This document shows, in pieces, positions 1-12,077 of a stretch of DNA of 64,000 nt. A program made the position numbers and the translations under genes. The stretch is taken from positions 331,452,001-331,516,000 of the forward strand of contig OZ024743.1 of NCBI GenBank assembly GCA_964016885.1. The letters run 5' to 3'. The DNA is from Eledone cirrhosa. Its lineage: Eukaryota. The notes under the pieces were generated by a model. It worked only from the letters and a program-made list of their open reading frames with translations. It searched no databases and was not told where the DNA came from. Within the stretch, counting starts at the first letter, position 1. The number at the start of each line of letters is the position of its first letter.

Positions 1-513
1 ATCGACCGATTAACCCTTTGAGGCTGTTACACCCCTCTCTATCGGGACAGGCCCCTACGTAGTCCCAACGCTCATCTAGGATACCATTCCAGTCCCCACT
101 AATATCAAGGAGCGGGATATCCCTAGAAAAGTCTCCAGACGATGGAAGAAGTCCGGCCGCGTTGACCCGAAAGGGCCGTAGATGGCTACCAGCCTAAACG
201 CTCCGCCTTCACCACTGCCAAGGTCCAGAACCACTAGTCGACCCTCCGGGTCCAAATGTACCGTCTGTGTTGCGAGACCCAGATGTTTTTGCAGCAGAAC
301 AACAACCCCACCCCCACCTCCGGGCTGACAGATAGATGCGTGCATCTCAAAGTCATCAAAGGTGGTGGCCAGCTGTCGCACATTGCTGATCCGGGCCTCA
401 CAAATAACCATCACATCTATACATTGTGACCTGAGGTCATTTAGAAGCATTGCTTGCTTGCAAGTTGAGCCCAGGCCACGCGCATTTAGACAGTCTACTC
501 TTAGCATAGCCAT
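1..513 (-). pseudogene. Tx1 ORF2 N-terminal apurinic-like endonuclease (frameshifted near 90)
   Basis: Motifs CLNARGL, DVMVICEAR, EGRLVVLD, RLVAIYGP, ILVG(D)WN typical of L1/Tx1 APE. Confidence 0.88.
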
Positions 514-1018
514 GTTGGTGGTGAAGAGAAAAGGCACTTACCTCTCTGCGTCCCAGGTATCGGGCTGCACAATTTCCATAAGGGTGGGGGATGGCTATTG
601 GGTAGTGTGTTGGTTTGTGGAAGTGTAGGGGCATCAGTGTGTTGTGTGGTTGGGGTGTTTGGAGTTGTGTGGGTGTTTGAGGAGGGGGTGGGGCAATTTT
701 TTTAGGACACGGTTAATGGGCCCGACGCAGGGGGGGGGGGGGGGGGGGCACGTCCTCTTTAAAGTTGTTTTTTAGTGTTTTATATGTCTCCTCTGGGGCC
801 TTAATCATTTTGAGGTGGGGGAAATCCCCTGCCTGGGTGATGTTAGGCCCTTGGGTTTTTACTAAATTGTTGTTGTATATAATGTTTAGCAGTTTTTTAT
901 TTCTTGTGTTTATGTATGTGTATGCATGTTTTTGTTTTTGTGTGGTGTTTTTTGGTTTGCTGTTGTTGTGTGCTCTTTTGTGTTGGTGTCTGTGTTATGT
1001 TTTGGGGAGGGGTTGTTT

Positions 1019-2174
1019 TCATTTGTGTGTCTGAGGTGTGTTTTCTTTTTTTTCTTTTGATTGTGTGGAAGTGCTCCTCATCGTCTGACGACGAACGAGG
1101 GTCATCTTCCGCGTTGGAGTGGAGGGGTAGATTTTCGGGTTGTGTTTGTGGTGCGGGTGTTTCGGAAATTGTTTATTTTTTTGAGTGGGGGGGATGGGTT
1201 GGACAGTGTTTTGTTTTGGTTTAAGCTGTACTTGTTGTTTTTGTAGTGGTGGTTGTGGTGATTGTATTGGTTGTGCAGTTGTTGGGGTTTTCTTTTTAAG
1301 TTGAGGACAGACGGCTCTCAGGTGACCTCTGGCTCCACAGAGGTAACACGAGGGCCGCCTACCCTCAACGGTAATGTTGATAAAAGTTTGGTCATCCAGT
1401 ATGACGCATTCAGGGATCTGGGTGATCCTTTCGGGCCTCATTTGAACTAAAAGTTCGAGGCCCGTTCCACTGAACGCGTCACCCGATGCCTTTCCCATGG
1501 ATATTAATATGTCATCGTTCAGGTCAAGAAAACCTGTTAACACCCACCATATGTCCATAATTGGAAGAATGGTGTGTATTTTTATTTTCTGCGTCCTTCT
1601 ACCCATGTACGTAGTGTATGCGGTGGATGTAATAGGTTTTACCGAAAGTTTTTTTGCCATGTCCTGGTCCTTCATGAGAATGGATAGACTCCCGTAGAGT
1701 CTATCCTTTTGTATGAACAGAATGTCTTTCATTACATCTTTTAAGACCAGCTCTATCTCACTCTGTGATGGTTGAGCTGGTCTTTTCGTTTTATTTAACA
1801 CTGTCCTAAACATCACTGTGTTTAGGAGTCTTTGGCTTTTTAGTTCCAGGGGGAGTGGATCGAAAATGATCCATTTTCCTCGTACACTATGTATTTTTTG
1901 GCATCTGCCAGTAGCTCCTTCACTTTGCTTATTTCTACTGGCAGATAGTCGAGGGTTTTCCTTGCCGTCTGGGTGAAGGAGACCTTTTCCTTGTTTGTGT
2001 TGCTGTTGTAGTTGGTGGTGTTGTTGTTATCATTGTTGTTGGTGTTGTTGTTGTTGTTGTTGTTGTGGCTACATCAAGTTGTCGGTCATCTGCTGCTGTG
2101 ACAGTGGCAGGGGGAAGCTGTGAGTTTAGCTTCCCTTTTCTTTCTTTGAATGTTGGTGAAGATGCTTCAGCCAT
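1019..2174 (-). pseudogene. Tx1 ORF1 (gag-like nucleic-acid-binding protein), frameshifted
   Basis: CYLCGARGHLRAVC = CX2CX4HX4C zinc knuckle; ORFs 1935-2183 and 1019-1816 lie in different frames. Confidence 0.8.
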
Positions 2175-2788
2175 TTTTATCAAAGTAGGACATTTTTCGA
2201 AAAATAAATTTTTTTTTTTTCAATACAATTTCGCCTAAAGGCGTAGAATAATTTGAGAGACTGACCAGATCAAAATTTGACCTGGCAGTCCCTGGACAAA
2301 ATGGTACAAAAATGAAAGTTTACAGTTTGGAATTTCTATGGAAATTTAGGCAGAACTTACCCAGCAAGTTTTACGCGTGTGTCCATCCCAAGATAGATAG
2401 ATAGATATAGATATATAGATATAGATATATTAAGATCTTCTTATCTATATATCTATCTATCTACATACCCACCTACCTTCTTATCTATATACCTATCTAA
2501 CTCTCAATCTGTTTAACTACCTACATACTGATCTTTTCTCTCTCTTTCCCTCCCTCTGTGTGTGTACAAGTTAAAACATTTTCTTTATTTTCGAGGGTTT
2601 TTGACTTCTGATGAGAAGATTTTATCTAGAAAATGAAGATCTTATTTCAATAAAGAGCAGGTAAAACAGAGCAGCTTTGTTGCCTTCTTTTATCTTAAAT
2701 TGTAGCACACCTTTCACATTGTCACAGCCTTTGAATTACATAGCTTCTTATACTGAATGCACAATGCTTCAAGCAAACTACAACACTC

Positions 2789-2823
<35 letters not shown>

Positions 2824-2919
2824 TCCAAACAAATAATTACATAAAAACACATATTTACATATATAATGATATACACATATACTTACAAACACACATTTAT
2901 ACAAACATAAACAATTTGA

Positions 2920-3135
2920 GGTTGATAAAAAAATTAACAGTCTACTACTGAGGTCAATTCTTCCTCTTTATCTCTTCCTCACTTCCATTCTCTCTATCCT
3001 TCTCTGGAAGAAATCTGCTGTAGTCAGACCTGGAGAGGGGATGGGCTCCACCAGGTTTAAAAGTGCTCTAGAAATGCTGTATGTCAAAATGGCGCCCCTG
3101 TGACTCCCTCAGGTGTCACGGGTCCATACCATACA
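2920..3135 (+). mobile_element. SINE 3' fragment (long-tail family)
   Basis: Matches copies at 25443-26035, 45378-45690 and 57280-57590 (ggaagaaatctgctg...gacctggagag...gcccctacgactcc). Confidence 0.7.
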
Positions 3136-3529
3136 TCTGTGTCTTTGTCTGTATGTCTTCTAAATTGAATATCTCTGTAATCAATTCTGAATATTCATGA
3201 CATTATTCAATTCATTTTGGAATTTTTCCAACCATTTCAACCATATTGTTCCAGCACATTAACTATTGTTCTGTCACAATTCTCAGTTTGTCGATTTTCC
3301 TTTCTTAGCCAGCTTTTAACATCATGTAATGATGTATCAGAAAATATCTAAAATATATTTGTTAATTCAAATATTTATAACATCTTTACTTTAGGTATTT
3401 TTTGCAATAATCTGTCCAATAGTAAAGACTTTACTTTTTGATGGGATGCAGTCATTGAATTGTTTTATACTATTCAAGAATGCCTTGTTAATGTGGTTTC
3501 ATGTGATACAGGACATTAAGAGTTAAGGA

Positions 3530-3900
3530 ATGATCATCTTCCACCATAATTCTCATACTTTGTCTTTCTTGGTCTTCCACTTCCTCTAATTCCTTCCACA
3601 TTAATTTCCATCATTCTTCTCACCCAGTCAATTTTACCCGTCTTCAACACATGACTCAACCTTCTCATTCCATTTCCCTTCTTAACATTCATCACTGACT
3701 ATTCCTCTCACCATGTCATTTTTATCTTTCCTCAACACATGACCCAACCATCTCATTCCATTTCTTTTCACTACATTCATCACTGGTTCTATTACTCAGC
3801 ACATGACCAAACCATTCCATTCTCTTCCCAACATTTATCACTGGTTCTATTTCTATCATCCTCTGCAATACAACATGTGTCTGACTCTCCCTCAGCAATA
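3530..3900 (-). mobile_element. Old RTE LINE C-terminal remnant with local tandem duplication
   Basis: Minus strand translates to SHVLKTGKIDWVRRMMEINVEGIRGSGRPRKT, the RTE C-terminal GHV..R...GRPRKTW motif. Confidence 0.6.
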
Positions 3901-4224
3901 ATCCTCTCAGTCATCAGGTCATTCTCTTGTGAGTTATAACAACATGCACCAAAACCTAGTTTTAAAAGTATACCATAAAACCATTCAACACACATACTTG
4001 GTCCCTAAAATTAGAACTACATTGCTCAAAACTTCAACACTTTTTACACCAAACCACCTGAAACAATCTACAATTCTGTGACTCAAAGGTTATATTTGAA
4101 AATGTTTATATTTACCTAAATAACTTCAATCATAATTTTACATCAGAACTATTAAGTTACACTCCAAATACTGCCTTAACCCTTTAACTTCTATGAAACA
4201 AAATTACACAATTCAAAGGTGTTT

Positions 4225-4360
4225 TGAAGAAGAAGAAGAAGAAGAAGAAGAAGAAGAAGAAGAAAAAGAAGAAAAAGAAGAAAAAGAAGAAAAAGAAGAA
4301 AAAGAATAAAAAGAATAAAAAGAAAAAGAAGAAAAAGAAGAAAAAGAAGAAGAAGAAAAA
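4225..4360. repeat. (GAA)n/(GAAAAAGAA)n purine microsatellite
   Basis: Directly visible. Confidence 0.95.
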
Positions 4361-4849
4361 TGAGGAGGGGGGGGGGGGGGAGAAAGAAATGGAGGAGTTT
4401 ATTAATTATTTTGTGGCTAATTGTTTTCATATGGCATGGAGAAAGTGAATTAAGGAAAGAAAATATAATCCAAAGTAGAAGTTAGGGCGTTGATCCATGA
4501 CTTGGCTTTTATTGAAAGCAGTAAACAGATACACTCATATACTGATGTACATACACACATATTTACTTACATTCACACACATATACATACTCAGAAACAT
4601 ACACATACTAAGATGTTAACATCACACACAGACACACATATACATACTAACATACAAGCACATATTGGTGCACATACACACACACACACTGCTCCTTACA
4701 TTGAAAAACTCTTACAAATAATTATAAATTTGATAAATACCATTAATTAATTTATTGCACACACACGCAAACATACACACTTATGCACATACATACAAAG
4801 AAACACAAGCACACACACACACAGCTCTTCCACACAAACACATACATTT

Positions 4850-5255
4850 ATTAAACATACCCACACAAACACATACATTTATTACAAACATACCCACACA
4901 AACACATACATCATCATCTCATCATCATCTTCGTTTAACGTCCATTTTCCACGCTAGCATGGGTTAGACGGAGCATGGGTTAAACAAACCATCCCACATA
5001 CAAACATACCCACACAAACACATACATTTATTACAAACCATCCCACATACAAGCATAACCACACAAACACATACATTTATTACAAACCATCCCACATACA
5101 AACATACCCACACAAACACAGACATTTATTACAAATCATCCCACATACAAGCATAACCACACAAACACAGACATTTATTACAAACCATCCCACATACAAA
5201 CATACCCACACAAACACATACACTTGTTATAAGCACTTTCACATACAAACATACA
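4850..5255. repeat. ~46-bp CA-rich minisatellite interrupted by a minimal RTE 3' tail (4909-4972, minus)
   Basis: Repeated acaaaccatcccacatacaaacatacccacacaaacacatacatttatt; insert catcat...cgtttaacgtccattttccacgctagcatgggttaga. Confidence 0.8.
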
Positions 5256-5727
5256 CTGCTAAGTGATGAATATTTGGGGTATTAAGTAGCCTCAAAGTCC
5301 ATCAATATTATTTAGAAGTCTCTCATCTTATGTGTTTTGCTTTGAAACGTTGAACTGGAGCAAATATAACCATTTATCTGCCAATTCTTTCAATGGAATT
5401 CCTTGAAAATAAAGAATATTTAAATGTTCATCATGATTTCCAGGAAAATATAATTACAATTTGCATATTCATGAGTTATAAGTGGCTGAAGAAGAAAAAT
5501 AAAAATGATAAGAATCTTCATTACTATTTCACAATTGCAATGGTTGAGAACTTTGGCAGCTTGTGAGAGTATTCTATGGACAAACAAAACCATTTCATTG
5601 GTGCCAAAGAAAGAGAGGAGAGTGGGGGATCTATGTGTTTTCTTTCAAATGTTTTCTTCACTTCAACTCTCCATTTGAATGCTATCATTAGTTCTCACTC
5701 TTCACAACCCCCCCCTCTCTCTGTCTC

Positions 5728-5782
<55 letters not shown>

Positions 5783-6096
5783 AAGTGTAAAGAAATGTGT
5801 AGTTGTATTAATGTGTACATATTTACAGTTGTGTGTATGTATGCAAATGTGTGTGATTCTCATAACAAATGCAAATATATCTGTCACCTCTCACAGAATA
5901 TTTCCTCGCAGATAACAGTGTAAAATGGTTTTGAACAAAAACCCCATGAAGCAATAGTATCCAAACAAAATCTAATATAGAAGAATACGCACATGAAAAT
6001 CTGATATAGAAAAACACACATTACTTTTGTACTTCACCCTAACACACTGTATGACCTGAAGAGACACTGGTTGGTTATTTACAGTTCACCCTTCTA

Positions 6097-6335
6097 ATAA
6101 CTCTTTCATGAGCGCATATCTAATGAAATACACTCTATTTTAATTAATTAAAGAAGAATTTTGGGGGATTTACTAAAATTATTAATTATTTAATTACTAA
6201 GATAGTAACTTAATGTAAGGTTCTTATATAAAATTATGTTGGAGGATTTTAATTTACATTAGAAACCTTTAAATTGGTTGGTTTTATTTCATAGACCTAG
6301 AGCCAGTTTTGACCAGGTTGGTAACTAAAGGAATA
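6097..6335 (+). mobile_element. piggyBac-like MITE (degenerate copy)
   Basis: High similarity to 15095-15332 and to the reverse complement of 55881-56118. Confidence 0.65.
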
Positions 6336-6597
6336 ATCAGTAGAAATAGTAGTGGTGGTGGTGGTCGTGTCCCAGTCATGATCAGTAGTCAGTAACTGAG
6401 TACAGTATAAGTGTACTATCTATTGTTGGACTAAAACAGACCCATAATGATTTGAAAGCTGGGGTAGAGGAGATCCTTCTAGGACATAGCCTTATCTTAA
6501 ACAGTCTTGATTCTACCAGTTCTATAGAAGCATAAAAGATGGTTAGCTACTGAGGAAGCTAAATACTAAAGTGAACACACACACACACACATACATA

Positions 6598-6970
6598 AAG
6601 CACCCATCCCACACTGTAAAGTGGTCCTGTAGGTGTCACAATAAAAAGTGCCCAGCCCATAATGTGGTCGTGCAGGTGTGCCAACAAAAAGCGCCCAGCC
6701 TACAATGTAAAATGGTCATGTAGATGTCATGACAAAAAGCACCCAGCCCACAATTTAAAGTGGTCGTGTAGGTGTCACAAAAAGCACCTAGCCCACACTG
6801 TAAATGTGGTTCATGTTAGAAAGGGCATACAGCCATAGAAACCAAGCCAAAATCAGTTCTGTATGAGCAAGACATGGTCATCTGACCCGGCTTGCCTCAC
6901 AACAGAACACCTCATCTAACCCATGCTAGCGTAGAAAAATGGACATTAAACAGTGATGTTGATGATGACG
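6598..6970 (+). mobile_element. RTE 3'UTR fragment with 4-5 tandem ~50-bp subrepeats
   Basis: Repeated cccagcccacactgtaaagtggtcgtgtaggtgtcac, then agggcat..agcc.tagaaa and the RTE tail ending in (gat)n. Confidence 0.75.
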
Positions 6971-7338
6971 ACATGTGTGTGTGTACATACATATATACAC
7001 ACTAACACACACACCGAATATTCAATTTTAAAATCATCAACTGTCATACTGACCATAACTATTCATCTCCCTTCCATACACAACACTACTCCCATCACCA
7101 CCACACCTACTACTACCACCACCACAACCACTACCACCACTACTACTACTACTACTATTACTATTTATCTTCACTGATAAGAGAAGGAAGTGTCAATTCA
7201 CAGAAAATAACAATGAGGTGTGGTGTTGGGTATGGGTGAGAAGGTTAGAAGATAATGATAACAATACCTTCCTCCACACACACACACATCATCATCATCA
7301 TCGTTTAACTTCTATCTTCCAAGCTAGCATGGGTTTAG

Positions 7339-7369
<31 letters not shown>

Positions 7370-7410
7370 CACATACACATAGATATATATATATATATAT
7401 ATAGATAGAT

Positions 7411-10088
7411 TTCTTTATTAGCCACAAGGGCGCAACAAGAAAGGGGACAATACAAAGACATGCCGGGGATTTTACATACAGTCGTGTAAAAAATATAAAA
7501 ACAAACAATTTCAACAATCGAAATCCCCAATAGGGGGGAGGCGCCACAAATGGGTTGTTTAATACCCCGTCGATAGAACAACCCTCAACTCGAGGAGCGT
7601 GTTGTGCAAGTGATCCTTTCTTCCTTTTGCTCTCTTCCTCAACCTACAGGCTTATAAACAGAGAAGGCCCAATCACTCGGGCCATTTTCGCTTCATTCAC
7701 CCACCTTTCAGTAAATTTACTGGGGTGCAGTGCCTCTCTCTCCACCCTGATTCTCCTTCTAAAGTGATACTTAAAGAAGGGAATCAATTGTTGTCCGGAG
7801 AGAAAGGCATCTGTCCTCAGTCCTCTCAACCTCGTCCACCATATAACTTCTTTCACCATAGCCACCGTACAGAGGAAAACCGCCTCTCTTTCGTTTTTGA
7901 AAGAGTCTGGCGCTTTGATCCTTACTATGGACTCGGCAGTCAACTGTATTTGTCCCATACGCGACAGCAGTTGTTCTGCATAGTTCCACAGGTCGCTTAC
8001 GCCCGGGCAGTGTACAATTGCGTGCAGAACTGTTTCAATGTCCTGCGCACATCTTGGACACGTCCTCTTGGAAGGATCCCTGCCAGGGCGTCCGTGCCTG
8101 TAGATCTTGTCACGAACCGGTAGAGCTCCTTGGTAGCACTGCCAGGCCAGGGACCTCTGGAAGTTGTCCATAGGTCCCGGGCGGAAAGTCCTACCAAACA
8201 TACTGGTGAGCTCATCGTCTTCGACGCCCAGAGTCTCTCCGAGCACGTCGTCGCCCTTGTAACGTACAATCCCTCTATAGAATGTCGAAGTGGAGTCTCC
8301 ACTGATTGCTGCGCCCGCTTGCCAGAGGACTGTGAGCGCCTGAGCGCATTCAATGTGCCAGGCGCCCATCGTTTTCGGTCTTTTCTTCACCCAGACTGCA
8401 GCTCCGTTAGCGAGACGAGCTGTGGGAAAGCCTGTCTCACAAACGGTGCCCACACCGGTTGGGGGGTCGGTGAGGAATACCTGGAGATGCCGCAGCCTCA
8501 GCGCATGTTTGCGCATCATCAGCCACGGCATTCCCAGCCCTCCGTAGGAAGGGTGCTGACAGCAGACAGATCTCCTCACCAGCGGAGCCTGCTTCTTCCA
8601 CAGAAACTGGAAGAGCATGCGTTCCATCTTGGCGAGGTGTTCACAGGGACAAGGCACGACAGTCAAGCGGTAGTAGATGACGGACGCTATGAAAGTCTTC
8701 GCCACCTCCGCTCGACCTTTCAAGGACAGTTTGCACTCTGCCCACTTCTGAGTGAGTGCAAACACCTTGGCCGTGACCTCGTTCCAGTTTTTCTCCACCT
8801 GGAGGTCTGGACCGAACCAGACCCCGAGCAATTTCACCGGTCCGTCCGTCCAGCGTCCAACGACGCTGTCGGATGTCATCGGTTTGCTTCTCCACGTACC
8901 GAGTTGCAAACCGACAGACTTGTCTGGGTTTAGTTTTGCTCCCGTCAGCGTTTCGTATTCTTTCAGTATGTTGCCGATCACCCCGATTTCCGAGGTGCTC
9001 GACACCATTACTGTCACGTCGTCGGCATAAGCCGACGCCGCTTTGCGCAGTCCCGGTTCTAGGGGGATGCCCTGCAACAGCTCCAATTTCCGCAGTAGTG
9101 GCTCTAGAGTCAATACATACAGAATGGAGGAGAGAGGGCATCCCTGTCGAATGGAACGCGTGATTGCGAACGGCTCCGATAGGTAGCCGTTCACCTTGAC
9201 CCTCGAGCAGATGCTGGTGTGCATCGCCTCGATCCATCCTCTGAACACGGGACCGAAACCGGCCGCCTTGAGAACCGCTTCCAAGTATCGATGGTCGACC
9301 CTATCGAATGCCTTAGACTGATCCAAGTTGATCAGAGCCCCACCGAAGCCGGGTTTACTACCCACCCTCTCTATGATGTATCGCATGAGGTGGAGGTTGT
9401 CGTGTATGGACCTGGTCGGGATTGCACACGTTTGCGCTTTCCCTACCAGGTTCTCGACGACAAGCGCCAACCTCGTCGCTAGCACCTTGGCCAAAATCTT
9501 TAACTCTGTGTTGAGCAGAGTTATGGGCCTGAAGTTGTTAATTTCGTCCCCCTTGTTCTCGTCTTTCCTGATCAGCGTTACTACGCCCTTGCCTGCAGAA
9601 CTGGGAATTCTCCCGTTCTGCTGCCAATTGCAGTAGACGGCTTCGAGGACGCCAGAGAACAAGTCCGGCATGCCTATGTAAAATTCGTAGGGTAGACCAT
9701 CTAGACCGGGTGACTTGCGTTTCCCGCAGCAGCCCAGAGCGTCCCGTATCTCAGTGTCCGTGATCGGTCTTTCGCAGAACTCGGCGTCCGTGTTTGAGAG
9801 ACGCGGCAGGCCGTCGAGGTATGAACTAAAGTCCATTGCCCCGTTCGGCTCACCGTTGTTCTGCTCAAACAGTCGCGCAAAGTGCCGCTGAAAGGCCGCG
9901 CACATTTGCTTGGGGTCAAGTAGCACGCGTCCGTTTTTGGTCTTTCAAAGACTGAATCGTGGACTTGTTGCCACTTTTTGCCTCCGCCACTCGGGCCCAG
10001 CTGACAGCTTTCGCTCCTTCGTTTCCTAGAGCACGTGTTTTGCTTCTGACCACGCAGCCTTCGTGTTTCGCATCGAAGAACTGGTCCA
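7411..10088 (-). mobile_element. L1/Tx1-clade LINE, 5'-truncated, with intact 3' end
   Basis: RT ORF plus 3'UTR ending AATAAA-gaa, then (ATCT)n; also flanked by (GATA)n at the truncated 5' end. Confidence 0.92.
7644..9926 (-). CDS. Tx1 ORF2 reverse transcriptase with C-terminal zf-RVT (760 aa open)
   Basis: KSPGLDG, NFRPITLLNTELKIL, LDQSKAFDRV, IRQGCPLS, YADD, KLLG and C-terminal CPRC..ETVLHAIVHC. Confidence 0.92.
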   Translation of the reverse strand: MLLDPKQMCAAFQRHFARLFEQNNGEPNGAMDFSSYLDGLPRLSNTDAEFCERPITDTEIRDALGCCGKRKSPGLDGLPYEFYIGMPDLFSGVLEAVYCNWQQNGRIPSSAGKGVVTLIRKDENKGDEINNFRPITLLNTELKILAKVLATRLALVVENLVGKAQTCAIPTRSIHDNLHLMRYIIERVGSKPGFGGALINLDQSKAFDRVDHRYLEAVLKAAGFGPVFRGWIEAMHTSICSRVKVNGYLSEPFAITRSIRQGCPLSSILYVLTLEPLLRKLELLQGIPLEPGLRKAASAYADDVTVMVSSTSEIGVIGNILKEYETLTGAKLNPDKSVGLQLGTWRSKPMTSDSVVGRWTDGPVKLLGVWFGPDLQVEKNWNEVTAKVFALTQKWAECKLSLKGRAEVAKTFIASVIYYRLTVVPCPCEHLAKMERMLFQFLWKKQAPLVRRSVCCQHPSYGGLGMPWLMMRKHALRLRHLQVFLTDPPTGVGTVCETGFPTARLANGAAVWVKKRPKTMGAWHIECAQALTVLWQAGAAISGDSTSTFYRGIVRYKGDDVLGETLGVEDDELTSMFGRTFRPGPMDNFQRSLAWQCYQGALPVRDKIYRHGRPGRDPSKRTCPRCAQDIETVLHAIVHCPGVSDLWNYAEQLLSRMGQIQLTAESIVRIKAPDSFKNEREAVFLCTVAMVKEVIWWTRLRGLRTDAFLSGQQLIPFFKYHFRRRIRVEREALHPSKFTERWVNEAKMARVIGPSLFISL

Positions 10089-10107
10089 TATATAGATAGA
10101 TAGATAG

Positions 10108-10155
<48 letters not shown>

Positions 10156-10421
10156 CATCATCATTTCATCATTTCATTTTACATCCGCTTTTCCCTGCTT
10201 GCAAGGGTGGGACGGGAACTGATTCTGGCTTGATTTCTACAGCTGGATGCCCTTCCTAACACCAACCTCATTTACAGTGAGTGCTGGGTGCTTTTTTGCC
10301 GTGGCACCTCCACGACCACTTTGCAGTGGAATGATAGGGACCCCAGTCCCTATCATCTCATTTCTACAGCTGAGTAAACTGGAGAAATGTGAAATAAAGT
10401 GTCTTGCTCAAGGAAACAACA
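10156..10421 (-). mobile_element. Chimeric SINE: SINE core + RTE-A 3'UTR + RTE-C 3' terminus
   Basis: Core matches 25820-25912; middle matches the RTE-A 3'UTR; end matches the RTE-C tail at 34144-34207; second copy at 36027-36205. Confidence 0.7.
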
Positions 10422-10480
10422 CATATATATATATACCCATGCAAGCGTGGAGATGGACGTTAAACGATGATGATGATGAT

Positions 10481-10522
<42 letters not shown>

Positions 10523-10534
10523 TCTATATAATAA

Positions 10535-10725
10535 ATAATTGTTTCTACGTTTGGCACAAGGCCAGCAATTACCCAGTGCATTACTGGTACTTTATTTTAT
10601 TGACCCCGTAAGGATGAAAGGCAAAGTTAACCTCGACAGGATTTGAACTCAGACCGTAAAGGGATGTAACTATGCTGGAAAGCATGGCGTCCGACCCTCT
10701 ACCGATACTGCCAATCCACCGCCTA
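10535..10725 (-). mobile_element. tRNA-headed SINE (short-tail family)
   Basis: Reverse complement matches the units at 54879-55722; B-box-like gagttcaaatcc; gcctttcatcctt..ggggtc.ataaaataaagtaccag. Confidence 0.8.
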
Positions 10726-11317
10726 TATAATAAATGTTTTTTTTTGTTTCTGGAGAGGAAGGGTAAGTGACGACAGTAAATAATGTGCACAATACATTAG
10801 TAGAGAAGGTACATTATGTATTTCATATAGAAATAGCTTCTACAGAACTAGTACTGTTTCATTTGGTTGAAATAAACAATGGAAGAAACTGTTTCAGTCA
10901 TATAGAAGTAATTTGTATTTGAAATAAATTATATATATATATATATATGAAATAAATTATATATATATACACTGTAGTAAAAGTTTGTTAGAAATATCCA
11001 CATACACACACACATATATATACAGAGTGATAAAATCCAAATGTACTGTAATGTACCAAGGAACATTGATGTGAGTGGAAATATCTTTATTTAAACTTAT
11101 TCTGCTCATGTCTGCCTTGTTTTGAAATTCAAAACATAAGTTTATTAAATTATTTATCTCTCAGTCTTTATATACATATACATACATACATATACATATA
11201 TGTAGAAGTTCTATTTAAATTGTTGGGATGCAACAAGCATCCGGGAGCTTCCAACAGAAATGGTCGCATTCTTTTAAGGGTATGTCAATATTTATTTATA
11301 AAACTGATCTATTTTAT

Positions 11318-11385
11318 ATTTTATCTGATGAAAGAACACCATAATTTAACTTGGTGTCCTTGAAATATGTATAATGAAATAAATA
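11318..11385 (+). ncRNA. Degenerate type I hammerhead-ribozyme-like motif
   Basis: ttat-CTGATGA-[aagaacacca/tggtgtcctt stem]-GAAA-tatg-T-ataa, then AATAAA; the cleavage-site nucleotide appears to be missing. Confidence 0.5.
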
Positions 11386-11442
11386 TGGTTTTATAAATAT
11401 AGTTTCCATTTGTTAATATATCGTATACATATATATATATTT

Positions 11443-12070
11443 TGAGGCTTTTCCCTCAAAATGAAAGGCAGACTGTATGATGCGTGTATACGATCAGGAA
11501 TGTTACATGGTAGTGAAACCTGGGCGCTGTCTGTGGAAGACTTGTGCAGATTAGAAAGAAACAAAGCTTGCATGCTCCGATGGTAGTGTAATAGTAATAT
11601 ACGCGAACGGCAAAGCATACACGAATTTAGAGAGAGTCTGAGCATTAGAGGAATCAAATGCTGTGTGCAGGAGAGGAGGTTGCGTTGGTATGGACATGTG
11701 ATGCGTATGAAGGATGACAGCTGCATAAAAAGGTCGATGGAAGCCGCGGAGTGGGGAGACCCAAGAAGACCTGAGATGAGGTGATAAAAGCTGACCTTAC
11801 CCAATTGCACCTCTCAAGGGCAATGACACACGACCGTGACCTCTGGCGTCACGCAGTAATACAGAAAACCCGACCCCCACAGGAACAAGCCGAAGCTGAA
11901 ACATATAGACAATATGGTGTTAGGAAGGGCATTCAGCTGTAGATATCAAGCCAAAATCAGTTCCTGTATGAGCAAGACAAGGTCAGCCAACTGGACATTG
12001 CTCACAACAGGATAACCCGTCTAACCCATGCTAGCGTGGAAGAACGGACATAAAACGATGATGATGATGA
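11443..12070 (+). mobile_element. RTE LINE subfamily A, 3' fragment
   Basis: LHGSETW, RLRWYGHVMRM and GRP coding remnants plus the RTE tail with (gat)n; starts at (TA)n. Confidence 0.9.
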
Positions 12071-12077
12071 TATATCA

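Larger units (their letters stand above)
1..2390 (-). mobile_element. L1/Tx1-clade non-LTR retrotransposon, 5' half (5'UTR, ORF1, start of ORF2); continues off the left edge
   Basis: ORF1 with a CCHC knuckle followed by an APE endonuclease on the same strand; the 5' end abuts (AGAT)n at 2391-2430. Confidence 0.88.

Noticed and set aside
2603-2655. CTGATGA...GAAA hammerhead-like motif
   Set aside because: Stem II closing pair and stem III/NUH are missing; too degenerate to call
7725-9636. Overlapping plus-strand and alternate-frame ORFs up to 267 aa
   Set aside because: Antisense shadows of the GC-rich Tx1 RT ORF with no recognisable motifs
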